Shown here: one piece after another, positions 10,127 to 21,356 of the stretch
How the letters are laid out: each line of letters opens with the position of its first letter
Numbering within the stretch: position 1 is the stretch's first letter
From: Oopsacas minuta
Lineage: Eukaryota > Animalia > Porifera
Direction of reading: 5' to 3'
DNA length: 64,000 bases
Assembly (NCBI GenBank): GCA_024704765.1
Contig: JAKMXF010000144.1
Coordinates: 62,001 to 126,000, forward strand
The notes under the pieces: generated by a model
Told to the model about the DNA's origin: nothing
What the model saw: the letters and a program-made list of their open reading frames with translations, nothing else
Database searches by the model: none
Made by a program: the position numbers and the translations under genes

Positions 10127-13100
10127 TCAGGTGTCTTCAAGGGGGTCTCCACTTCTAATCCTATGAGCTGCCATTAATCTCAGAAGTGATAATATTGGCA
10201 CATTATAGGTTGTATAACTTTGTTCCAACATTTCCTCGTTTACACGAAGGACCTCTTCCAAATCCGGTAAGAGCTGATCGCGGGAAATGGCAGAAGAGCC
10301 ACCTCGAGGTGAGAACAGTTTAATATCATAGTCTATCCCAGAAGTGGCTAAAGTTGGCTCTAGAGGGTGTGGTTGTACACAATTAACTACGTGACGATCC
10401 GCTTCTAAAAATAACTCTATATCAGCTGTCCACTTGTTCCAGAAGAAAACTCGTCCACAATCGGAACCCGACACTATATGGCTGTCTCCCCAGAAATTGG
10501 CCTGCTTAATCATGGTCCTCACGTTCCTGTGTCCCTGGTACCAGCTGACCGGCTGACGGACCGATGGTGCTAGGGGCATAGAGGGAACAGGAGGGGGAGA
10601 GGAGGGTAGGGGGTCGATGGGAACATCTGAGGTGAATTCTATGTGAGGCAGGTTATTTGATTGGTCAGTTTCTGAGTCGATTACTCCATCTTCTTCCCCT
10701 AACAACGATAAAATATGTAAATATATTAACATTCCAATTAATAATCTGGTTGCTAACCTGGTACATCAAAATAATGAATTGAGAAATGACTGTCAGAATT
10801 TCTAAAATATTAATAAATCAAATAGGAATTAACAGTATAAATAGCTACAAACCTGTCGTTAGTTTCAGTTTCTGATGGTTCTGTGCGGGAAAAGGTGTTA
10901 AAAATGTTTGACAGTCTGTCGGAAGTGGTACCAGATGTGGCACCCGAAGTATCGGGTCGAGAAGTGGGCCCAGTATCTGACCAATCAGATCTGAACTTTA
11001 TCCTCTTCTCACCTTGTGCCACTTCATTTGTTACTAGGTGTGAAGGATGTTTGAGATTAGATGGTGTCGTGAGTGGCACAGCCAAGTGTCGCGTGCCACC
11101 TGACAGCTGAGGACGCGATACAATAGCGCGATTATTTCCCTAAAATAAGACACATTTGTAATAAAAGTGTATGGAATTAGAATTGTCTTTCAATTCTTGT
11201 GCCATTCATTAGATATGCCACATTCCTTGTGAGCTATCTGGTATCCTAGCAGAGCTATCTCTGTAAGAACTATGAGAAGTGTTAGATTACTTACAAATTC
11301 AAGTATTTCCTTTCCTAACATTCCTGACTGGGTGGGGAGTAACCATGTGCATCAGAATAGGCGGGACACAAACTGACGCCACATTCCACCACCTAGCTCT
11401 GACATAAGTCTCGATACACATTCTCTCTGGAAAATTCCTTTTAAGGAACTAATTACAGTTTAGTTTCATAATCCAATAATTAGATTAATATTAGTGACAC
11501 TAGAGATGTCACAATTTAGTTAAGACAGCTCTGCTAGTATAAGACACAAGAATATTTGTTTATAGCAATTCTCTAACTGTTTATCTTTTCATAATTTAGA
11601 AACAAATAACAACAAATGGCAGATTATAACGCCCCAGTAATTGCCCCCGTAGACCCTATCGAGAGACAAATCAATGAGCTATTCGATCGGATGGTTTATC
11701 GCCTCAACCAGAGACGGGCAGCTCTCCTAAACAGGTACCACGAACTACGTGACGAAAAGGCAGCGAGGAGATCAGACCGAATTAAAAAGTTTGAGGAACT
11801 GGTCGGAATGAAGGCCGATACGGAGCGTCGTCTCCAAATGAATGACCTCCGAGAGCTGCAGGAGAGAATGATAGCTGATATAGAGCTAAAATTAGCAGAG
11901 GTTAATACACACCAGCCTGAGACCCATATTGTATTCAGGAACCAATCCGAACCCCTAGAGCAGCTGATTGCAGAACAAGGAGAGGTTCTAGAGGAGGAGG
12001 TATCAATCATACCCAATTACCAAGCTATGAGAGAGGTAGTAGCTGTTGGGAAGGTAGGGACAGCTCCTGGAGAGTTGGATAATCCTCGAGCTGTAGCTAT
12101 TGACTACAATACCAACAGGATTTTTGTTACAGAGTCGATACAAAGCGTATACCACACCAACGTATCTCCATCTTTGCAGAGAGAGGAGACTACCTAGACA
12201 GCTTTACCCACCAGGACCTGCAGCTTCCATACGGTATAGCTATTCACGAGGATAATGTGTACGTCACAGATACAGGAGTACATGCAGTGTTCCTCTTCAA
12301 AATGGAGACTAGCTTCCCTCTAATCGCTAAGCTAGGGACTAGAGGATCTCAGATAGGAGAGTTTAACAGGCCCTTTAACCTCGCAGTCTCTACTAACGGA
12401 GACGTATACGTGACAGATTACGATAACGACAGAATCCAGATCCTCAACAGCTCTCTACAACCCATACGTAACCTCACTGAACAGCCAATTCAGAACCCTC
12501 GTGACATAAAACTAACAGCTGATGAGGTCTACGTGCTCTGTCGGGACAATCCCTGTATACTGGTGCTATCTCACGCGGGAGAGAGACTCCGTTCTCTGGT
12601 GTCTAGGGGTATACAGGGGGATGTTTGTGATTCTGATTTCTTCTGTATAGACGCAGCAAAGAATATAATTATCAGTGAGTACTCATTTGATGGTAAAGTA
12701 AAGATATTCAATAAAGAAGGAATCCTCATTCACACTATAGAAATAGGAAGACAAGGTAGATGGGTAATCTACCCGCAAGGATTAGCTCCAACGAAAGATC
12801 TAAATTTAGTAGCTGTGTGTCTTAATAGTGATTATTGTTTACGAATATTTTCATGTTTATAATATATATTTATGATTATTCCTAATTAAAAATCCAAATT
12901 ATCTTACTCCAGTTGAGGAGAGGGGTTGATTGGACAAAGCCAGAAGAATCCTGGGCCCTCTGCTCTAATAATTCTATTTTTAGTTACCTGAGAAGGTTCT
13001 CTGTTGTAGAGGTACAAATAATCAGCTGAGTACGAGACCAACAGCTGATGTCCGTCTGGACTATAGCGGACACATGTTATCTTCCTCTTGGTGTCCTCTA

Positions 13101-14017
13101 GGTGGCAGGGTTTATACATAGCCACATATGTATCTCTGTCAGGTGTTAGCTTCCTTCTGTCGAATTCTCTGACCCCCCCGTCCGCACATGCCACTACAAA
13201 GTGGCAGGAGTGGAGCGGGTGGACACTCAGGGAGCTAGCAGCTTCTGGAAGTGATACCTGGGATATAAAGTGTTAATATATATTAAAAGGTGTTATTATG
13301 GCACACTAACTAGCACGTCTTCATTACAGTCATTGTGACGACAGAGACACTTCCTTTTCCTTCTGAGGTCATACAGACGGACACATCCGTCCTCTCCACA
13401 GGAGTAGAACTCCTGAGGGATCCAAGGAGACACCGCTACCTCATAGCAGGTCCCCTTGTTACAGTAGAAGGGATGGTACCCAAATAGGTCAGGTCTGTCA
13501 GCATAGGTCAAGTGGATTGTCCCGTTACCCGCACAAGATACTATCTCTCTATCAGCTGACCGAGGAAGGAAGTGAGCAGAGAATATATTAGAAGTGTGAC
13601 CTGATGGAATTGATTGTAGCAATATCCTCCTAATAAACATTCCATTAATGTACTCCTTAGTTACGATAACATTCCATTATTATTATCCTTAGTTACATAA
13701 GGAGATATAAGAACATTCCATTCTAATATTCCTTAGTTACATAAGGAGATATAACATTCCATTCATACTCTTCCTAGTTACCTGTTCCATTGGTATATGT
13801 TCAGCTGACAATCATCACTCCCTGATAGCAAGAGGTCCCCCTGTGCACTCCATGAGACCGTATTCACACACCCCTGATGACCAGTCAGCCGTCCATCTGG
13901 TCTCATCCTGGAGGGGATACGGCACCCACTCTTTAGCTGGAGTCCTGTGAGGGTTGCCTGTCCCCTCTGTCTGCTAGCTAGTAATCTGCTAGGCTGAATA
14001 CAAACCCTGTCTGACAT
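10127..14017 (-). CDS. DCAF6: DDB1-CUL4-associated factor 6 (WD40), multi-exon
   Basis: LTGHQGCVNTVSW...LLSGSDDCQLNIY, SGHTSNIFSAHFLP, ITCVRYSPDGHQLLVSYSADYLYLY, KRIKFRSDWSDTGP, YQGHRNVRTMIKQANFWG...GSDCG...ADRHVVNCVQPHP...ATSGIDYDIKLFSP. Large intron 11140-12987. One exon junction near 10700-10854 not resolved. Confidence 0.9.
11616..12862 (+). CDS. Intronless coiled-coil + NHL-repeat protein nested antisense in DCAF6 intron; frameshift between ~12103 and 12160
   Basis: ORF 11616-12197: coiled coil then GTAPGELDNPRAVAIDYNTNRIFVTE. The -1 frame continues RISIFAERGDYLD...LPYGIAIHEDNVYVTD into ORF 12257-12862 (GEFNRPFNLAV...YVTDYDNDRIQI, NPRDIKL, YPQGLA). Confidence 0.75.
13630..13781 (-). repeat. 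DCAF6 intron made of four tandem 32-44 nt units, each starting with the donor sequence GTAACTA(A)GG
   Basis: Sense-strand units of 41, 44, 32 and 35 nt (sum 152 = intron length), each GTAACTA(A)GG...AATGGAATGTT; the last ends TTATTAG at the acceptor. Confidence 0.85.
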
Positions 14018-14171
14018 CTAATAAGCCAGGTTAAATAGTTTTAATATAAACAAATAAACAACCAAACAAACAATTAGAATAAAAACAATAAAATCAATTT
14101 ACATTCATTGTAACAGCTTAGTAATCATGCAGCTATATTACAAATATTCTGTAAAAATTCACCAACACCCT

Positions 14172-15140
14172 TCACACCTCCGTAGGGGTGTTAATCAGCT
14201 GGCTGGTCTCATCAGTTGAGCTCTCCAGAGAAGTTGATCGGCTGATAGACTCAAATGTGGGTGGCGGGTCTGTGGTAGCAGTGGTGTCAGTTGTGTCACC
14301 AGGTGGTTGAGCGAGGGCTTCCTGATAACAAGGGGGTGCTGAATCAATATGCATACTTATAGTGGTACTGACAGGTGCACCCTCGTATGGAGGTGGTGCG
14401 TTGTCGCTACGTGCCATCTGCATACGTGTGAGCACCACAGACTCCTGAGCAGAGGTAATAGCATCTTGTAGCTCCCGAATCCTAGCAACTTGTGCCCTCT
14501 GTAGACGTGTTCTATTGTTACGAACCCTTATGGACAACCAGCAAGAAATTGCTCCTGTGGTAATCAGGGTAGCTAAGAATATAATTATAACTAACACGTA
14601 TACCATGTAGGTAGACCCGAACTCAAAACTAGGCGTGGGAGCTGTCGTTGGAGAAGTTCCAGGTCCAAATATAAGATGTGCGTCTGTATTCAAGGGGAGA
14701 GGAGGTGGTGTAAGTAGGGATGATGGGTACAGGGTAACATAGGTTGATACCAGGAGGTTATATGACGTGGTTTGTTGGTCTAGTATCGATTGGACAGACA
14801 AGTCACACCTCAAGGTGGTTAGATCATAGACACCAGAGAGAGTAACAACCAGATCCCACCGATTGATAGATTCAATAGACAATGATACCAGATTCTCATA
14901 TGTGTCTCGCGTATTAGCCCTCTGTAATACGTTTTGTAATCTGAGGTACAGGGAGCTAGTCGGGTAGCTGTAGTCCACCAGGGCGGTCCTAGCAGCTGAG
15001 CATTGTACCGCTGTCTCGTATGACACCTCAACCTGGCTCTGATCAGATACTCTGTCCTGATCAACATACAGCTGTATGCTGAAGAGAAGTACAGCTGGTA
15101 GGAGGAGCTGTATAGCCAATAGGATTGCTAGTAGTCTCAT
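14172..15140 (-). CDS. Type I membrane protein with cytoplasmic PY motifs, intronless, unknown family
   Basis: N-terminal signal peptide, ~165-aa ectodomain, TM (YMVYVLVIIIFLATLITTGAISCWL), tail with PPPY, PPCY and PPTF motifs. Confidence 0.75.
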   Translation of the reverse strand: MRLLAILLAIQLLLPAVLLFSIQLYVDQDRVSDQSQVEVSYETAVQCSAARTALVDYSYPTSSLYLRLQNVLQRANTRDTYENLVSLSIESINRWDLVVTLSGVYDLTTLRCDLSVQSILDQQTTSYNLLVSTYVTLYPSSLLTPPPLPLNTDAHLIFGPGTSPTTAPTPSFEFGSTYMVYVLVIIIFLATLITTGAISCWLSIRVRNNRTRLQRAQVARIRELQDAITSAQESVVLTRMQMARSDNAPPPYEGAPVSTTISMHIDSAPPCYQEALAQPPGDTTDTTATTDPPPTFESISRSTSLESSTDETSQLINTPTEV

Positions 15141-15190
15141 GCTAATTATAGAATAATCAAATTATACATAATATGCTTATCTACAGGAAA

Positions 15191-16221
15191 TTAATAAGAC
15201 CAATTGAATGTGTGAGACTTGTAGATGTCGAGGGAGGTTAAAATTCGGAAGAATGCACGGTTGGGTTCCGAATAGTACTCTTTGAGTTTAACTAGGGTCT
15301 CATTCCGGACCTCTGGATGGGGCCGTCCCTTCCCCTCCCCCAGACACTTGTCGTATTTTGAGTGCCAACAGAAAAATCCTTTTGTGCTGTTGAAATAAAA
15401 TGTGTCCTCATTTATAAGAGGTTTCAGTTCCAAGAATTGCTGAAGTGGCACGATCTCAGCCACTGGATCCAGAGCAAGACGGTCTCCGTTAACCACGTGC
15501 ATCTGTTTGGAGGGGAACACATCGGTCCATTTTAGCAGATGGCTAGCGTACAAACCTGTCCAAACAGGCCTAGAGTCTATCGACACCTAAAGTATATAAC
15601 TAATAGGACAAGTAATAGTATACTATATGCATAATAGGATAGTTGTATAGGTAATCGGAACTATAGCATTATTGGCAAGATTAAATTGGAACTAATTATT
15701 GTTATACTGTAGTAACTAACCTCGCCATCAGGGGACAATACAAAGGTTTCAAAATCCCCCTCTCCCTTACTCAGCTGTACAAAATCTGAGACTAGTCTCG
15801 TCACAGGATCACGGACCACCAGTACCACCCGTGTGTCAGGATTGACACCTATCATCCTCAGGGGAGCATCAGGGGTTACAAAATATGAAGGGGTCTTTTC
15901 TATAATTAAGAGATCTGGACTGGCAGAGGGCATGCGGGACAGGTACCAATCTGTACCCCTCTCAAAGTACTTATCGTAAAAGTGGACCTCTCCCTGAGGG
16001 GACACGACCCTAGGATGCAATTTAAGCATCTCTAAAAGGGCGCGTGTTCCTCCCTTTTTGACACCTATTATAACAACGTCAGGTGGCCGTCTGGGCCACG
16101 AGGTGACAAGTGGCAGCTGTAGAGGAGATGGTGAGTTGTGGAATGTTAGGAATGCTAGGAATATCGTTGCCATGACAACTACAGTTACTAGGATACAGAT
16201 TGGGAGTCTGGAATGTGCCAT
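15191..16221 (-). CDS. HS3ST: Heparan sulfate 3-O-sulfotransferase-like (copy B); exons 16221-15721 and 15586-15191
   Basis: Type II anchor; IIGVKKGGTRALLEML (5'-PSB), GEVHFYD, EKTPSYF, RDPVTRLVSDF (3'-PB), CLGEGKGRPHP; phase-0 intron 15587-15720. Confidence 0.9.
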
Positions 16222-16280
16222 GTATCTAGTGTGTGTTTAATAAATAATTACATCAATATATTATATATACAGCCTAGCAA

Positions 16281-17174
16281 CTAGTAGTGCCATTGGAATG
16301 TGGGAGGATCAGTGAGCTCGGTCAGCTGAGACCGGAACTGAGAATTACAGAGGGAGAACCGGCGCCTTAATAATTCAAGTTCCGTTTGTGACAGGACAGG
16401 ATGTGTCCGTCCCTTCTTGCTACCCAGACATACAGGACTAGGTGATGATACCCTCCAGCAATAGAACCCCCTATTTGGTTCCAATTCGAAGTGGTGCTTA
16501 GAAATAATCTGTTTGACACCTAAGAACCTCTGTATCCGGTCCATTTCTACCCAGGGGGCAACTTTGAGCCGATCACCATCCACGATTAAAATCTGATTGG
16601 ATGGGAATATGTCCAGCCAGTGACGTAAATGTGTCGCATAACAGCTCCTATCCAATCTTGAGGTTACTCCAGAGGTGTTTCTGATACTCAGGGGATCATA
16701 TGAGAATGCGAACTGATGAAATGAGGTGTTAAGTGATACCCTATCCTCCCAGTGTAGATAATCTGACACAAATCTGTCTACAGGATCTCTTACCACCACA
16801 ATTAATAAGGTGTCAGATTTAGTGGCATAGATCCTCTGGGGTACAATAGCTCCCCCTGTGAAGTAGGCAGGGGTACGATCTATGAGGACCTGATCCGGTC
16901 GGGCAGGGGGCAAATTATCCACATACCATTTCACACCTTTACCGAAATTCTTATCGTAGAAATTGACCAGTCGACTAACCACAATTTGGGGGTGTTCACT
17001 TAGCATCGATTTTAGCGCCTCAGTCCCCGACTTCTTGACGCCAAACAGGACCACTTCCGGTAGTCTAAGTGGCACAGAGGGGGCTACACGGGTGTATATA
17101 TGTACCCCAAGGATCAGGACCAAGAGGAGTGCGGATAGGAACAATAAAACGCGAGTTCCACGGGCTAAACTCAT
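16281..17174 (-). CDS. HS3ST-like paralogue (copy A), intronless, divergent active site
   Basis: GVKKSGTEALKSML, RLVNFYD, DRTPAYF, RDPVDRFVSDY, CLGSKKGRTHP; type II anchor. Confidence 0.85.
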   Translation of the reverse strand: MSLARGTRVLLFLSALLLVLILGVHIYTRVAPSVPLRLPEVVLFGVKKSGTEALKSMLSEHPQIVVSRLVNFYDKNFGKGVKWYVDNLPPARPDQVLIDRTPAYFTGGAIVPQRIYATKSDTLLIVVVRDPVDRFVSDYLHWEDRVSLNTSFHQFAFSYDPLSIRNTSGVTSRLDRSCYATHLRHWLDIFPSNQILIVDGDRLKVAPWVEMDRIQRFLGVKQIISKHHFELEPNRGFYCWRVSSPSPVCLGSKKGRTHPVLSQTELELLRRRFSLCNSQFRSQLTELTDPPTFQWHY

Positions 17175-17398
17175 TTAGCTAATTATAGTAACAAACTTGT
17201 AGGAATAATATAATTCATGATATACGAGTTGTTTACTTGTTTGTATTTATGTTTATGTTGACACCTAATGTCTGAAAATTGGCACATAGAGGTGTCAGGG
17301 GGTGTTTTATGATGTGATAAATTTATATGAATATATTGACACCTCGGACTGAGAAATGAAGGTTTATATAAAATTGGTTCCTAAAATTAGAATATTTG

Positions 17399-19222
17399 TT
17401 ATATCACTAAGTGTGTATTAGATTTGTTATTTAATAATCGGTCTGTGTGTCCGGGTCCAAGGAGGCGTAGGAGGGAGAGAGCATCCTCTCTAGAGTACAC
17501 ACAGGTGGCAGTGGCAGATTTGTCGCGCGACACACAGGCCAGCAGTTGAGGGTATACGTGAGGGAAGGTAGGGGGGCCATATAGCAAGAGGTGTGAAGCG
17601 AAGGGGAGGCGGGGACACTTGAAAAACATGAGTCGCTCTGTGAGTAGTAAAGTGTCCCTCTGTCCCTGAGAGAATAGAGAATTGGCACGACGGGCCTGTG
17701 AGGTGGAGGAATACTCAGATATGTGTGTAAACTCTATCTCCCTCTCTTTCAAGTGGTTCCTGACACGTAAATAATCACAGTAATTAGGTGTAAAGATTAG
17801 TGTCCTCTTCCTAACACCTGACACGTGGTCAGGGAGAATTTTATCTGTGAAATAAGTGAGCCTCTCATCAAATGTGTCGCTTAGAGGACACAATGGGAGA
17901 CGTTTAAACACCTGTGGTGTCTGGTGGCTGATGTGTCGCAGAACACCTGGATATTCAAGTGGTGTGATGACAATCTTATGGTGTCGAGAAGTGGCACGGG
18001 AGTGGAATAATGAGTGTATTTGAGGTGTTAAGAATTGTGAACACACAATCAGCTGACAGTAATATTTACTCAATTCTTCTAGAGCCCAGTTGCGTACTCT
18101 ACGGATATCTGTACCATGCATAGCTCGGGGCTTTAAGTGAGTGGAAGAGAGGAGGGACATCACGTGGGACCAATTCTGCATAAGGAATACCTCGGTCTGA
18201 TCCAAGAGGACAATTTCTAGAGAGGACAGGAAGTCCACTTCTCTCTTGTAATCTCCTCCCGATCCGACAAGTGTCCGTAATCCGAGAGGAGAGGCAATGA
18301 TAAAGTCACTGGCATAGAAAGGTGCGAATAAACGGAGTGTGCCACTATACAATGCCATTCCCATTTTAAAACAGTCATCAGTGTTCCCCTCAAATAGGTG
18401 TCGGTATTCAGGGGGCTTGGTGGGGTCCGTGATCCCCTGACACCCGAATTCCTCCTCCAGACGTCTCCCATGAGATACATCCCCACAGAGGTGTCCCATC
18501 AGCTGTATTATACGTAGAGCAGAGCTCCTGAATGGTACCAGGATTAACACCCTCGGACGGACTATACCCTGATCTCTTGGTGGCTCATTATCCGACAATT
18601 TTGACACCTTACTATTCCTGATCACAAGCTTACGACCCTTGGACACATGACTAACTAAATGTGCCACTATAGCCTCTAACACCTCGATGTGTCGCTCATG
18701 TGTCTCTCTAGCATACAGGACATCTGTATACCTCCCAAATAGTGACAGTAAGTGGCATTGTGTCGAGCTAAGTGGCTCGTTATGTGTCATTGTGTCGTGT
18801 TTCAATTTATACTCAGATAGGCGGGTCATTACCTTGTTCTTGAGGTAGATTTGTCTGTCAGTGGACAGGGGACAAATTGGGAGGGGAGAGGGGTACATAG
18901 TGGCATGGCCCAGGGGATGATCTGGTATCAGAAGTGGTTCAGAAGGTGTTGATATAATTTTTATGTCATTTTCCGTCAGGTGATAATTTAAATTTTCATA
19001 AAATGGATCAGTATAATCCTCAGAATCTGATTGGCTAATGTCTTCATCAGATATCGCTCCTTTAGGCGCCATAATTACGTCATGTTTTATTTTCTTAGAT
19101 TTATGACATATTTTCACACCTTTTTTCCGCTTCTTAACACCTAAATCAGTGCCATGTGGCCTCTTAATTGAACTCACGAGGGTCTGATAAGGAGTAGCTC
19201 CATCGCTTGAATCTGACTCCAT
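17399..19222 (-). CDS. UTP25: U3 snoRNP/SSU processome protein UTP25 (DIEXF), intronless
   Basis: RDQGIVRPRVLILVPFRSSA, FEGNTDDCFKMG, FYASDFIIASPLGLR, DFLSSLEIVLLDQ...LMQNWSH. ATG at 19222 chosen over the upstream TTG in the ORF track. Confidence 0.9.
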   Translation of the reverse strand: MESDSSDGATPYQTLVSSIKRPHGTDLGVKKRKKGVKICHKSKKIKHDVIMAPKGAISDEDISQSDSEDYTDPFYENLNYHLTENDIKIISTPSEPLLIPDHPLGHATMYPSPLPICPLSTDRQIYLKNKVMTRLSEYKLKHDTMTHNEPLSSTQCHLLSLFGRYTDVLYARETHERHIEVLEAIVAHLVSHVSKGRKLVIRNSKVSKLSDNEPPRDQGIVRPRVLILVPFRSSALRIIQLMGHLCGDVSHGRRLEEEFGCQGITDPTKPPEYRHLFEGNTDDCFKMGMALYSGTLRLFAPFYASDFIIASPLGLRTLVGSGGDYKREVDFLSSLEIVLLDQTEVFLMQNWSHVMSLLSSTHLKPRAMHGTDIRRVRNWALEELSKYYCQLIVCSQFLTPQIHSLFHSRATSRHHKIVITPLEYPGVLRHISHQTPQVFKRLPLCPLSDTFDERLTYFTDKILPDHVSGVRKRTLIFTPNYCDYLRVRNHLKEREIEFTHISEYSSTSQARRANSLFSQGQRDTLLLTERLMFFKCPRLPFASHLLLYGPPTFPHVYPQLLACVSRDKSATATCVYSREDALSLLRLLGPGHTDRLLNNKSNTHLVI

Positions 19223-19821
19223 TTTGTTACTAAACAAAAACTGTTTAACACCTTATAGGGCATATTTGTGCTACTTGACACTTTCTATCTTAACCATATA
19301 TGGGCATAATAAATGAATATATCATGACGTCATCCATGTCATTACTTAAATGTTTTAAAGTGTACTCTCCTGACAACAATATATTGCTAAAATATGTATC
19401 AATATGACGACTAGGTGTTAATGAACTCAGCCACTTTATTGTGACACAAAGGCTTCGAGTAGGTTTAGAATTACAAACTTTGCTATGGAATAATTATATA
19501 ATCAGCTTACTTGTAAGGTTATATTATAATTTACAGGAGTGGTCTACGTGCCACAATTTGAGTTCATACACGCGGGTAGACACATCAGGTTATTCTGCAT
19601 AAAGTAGTAAGATTGTGGCTGCTATGTTTACAATTAATGAATTGTGTCATCACAAATTCACCATCTAAGCAGACATGTTGAATTTGAAACTGACACTTTG
19701 TAGTTCCAATTACGTATCTCCTCCCATAAAATTTGGACAACAATCACATGATACAATATTTACAAATAAACAGACTTGTAAACAATAAACAAGTGATATA
19801 TACATATAGACCTGCACACAA

Positions 19822-20933
19822 TCAATGCATTAAGTTCTCTAGAGACCCGGGGTCCGAATGCTTGGCTAGCGTCCCTACGGTCAGACGCATAACTTCGTCT
19901 GTATCCAGATTCATCTCCAAGAGGCCGGGACGTTTGGAAGCCAGGGCCTGTTGGAAAGCGGCGGACATCTCTTCTCCGTGTTCTGACAAGAGGACAGAAG
20001 GACGACGGCTCACAATGGCTTTGGGGGAGGGTTTAGGGACCACAGGATCCTCTCCAGAAGACCCAGACCCCAAGAATTCTTCCACTCTCTTCCGCAGCAT
20101 ATCCGGCGTATGAGCCTTTGAAATTTCTTCTGCGTTGCTAGGATACGGCTCAAATATGAGATCCCTCTCGGGGTGATTGGTGGCTAGTCCCTGTTCCTCT
20201 TTCCATACCTTGAAAGCTAAGTGGTACGCCTTAGCGACACATAGAGCTAGGGTGCGAGCCTTCTCTGGGGACACACAGCGGAACACGTAGCCATGATGTG
20301 TCGGGGCCTCTGAGTCCACTCCGTCCTCCTTGGTTATGAATATGAATGTATCCGTGTGGTTTGTGTCTGTGCCACAATAGATAAGTCTGGAAATAGGGAA
20401 GTCATACTCCACCCCCTGTGACACTTTATCCTTTATACACATCTGAAGAGTTGTCACCTTTATAGTGACATCTTGTTCAACACCTCTAGTAGCACCTTGT
20501 GTCTCTACTGGTTCTGGAACCATCTGGAAGAATACAAGTTATAAATAGTAACATAGGAACGATAATGTCATAATGGTATGTGTATACTTACAAGTTTGAC
20601 TAGTTGGGTGATGGACTCCTTGTCTTTGAGATACCATGCCACCTCTTGGTGTCCCAAAAGTGTCACGTGCCAGTACAGCCCCTGTACAAAAGGTGTCAGA
20701 TCATGATCAAGAGTATCAGGAATAAAATCTATTGAAATAGTGTAACATAACTGGAACTATAAGTTATTAATATGGAACTAACCTGGCTTGTGTTGGTAGG
20801 CATGCTGATTGGACATCACCTCAGCCCCTACGGAGTGTGGACGGTGTCTTGAGTACCCTGACCGGTCCCGGGAGGTGGACAAACGAGGAGACAACTTTAC
20901 AATATTGGACAGTTTAGCACCAAATGAAGACAT
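19822..20933 (-). CDS. PTB/PID-domain adaptor, LDLRAP1(ARH)-like; three exons
   Basis: LYWHVTLLGHQEV...VTIKVTTLQMCI...FPISRLIYCGTD...FIFI...HGYVFRC...ARTLALCVAKAYHLAFKVWK fits the PTB fold; exon phases join from ATG 20933. Confidence 0.7.
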
Positions 20934-21356
20934 TCTAGCTTAATGCATTAGATCAGTAATCTGTGCTATTTATAGTACACAACTAGGACTATATGGAATT
21001 ACTAGATATATGATTATTCATATGAATTATACGGAACTAAGAAAATAATTAGTTACAGTTCTTCTCGTCTATATGAGAGGCTATCTTTCAGTTTGCGTAT
21101 CTAAAAATATTGTTGTTATTTACGTGTTTATTTGTATATGGATATATTATCACCTTTTGAGCGTTGTGCATGACAACGTGATGGAATGTGTCGGAGAGAG
21201 CTCTGCCACTTTTTGAGAATTCTTCTAATTGGTTTTGTTTACTCAAAAGTTCTTCTAACTCTGCCACTTCTAAATAAACAACTTATAAATTCGATACCTC
21301 CCCCTAGCAACGAAAAGGTGTTAAGGTATTTGATCTATTTTTAGTAACACATTAGC

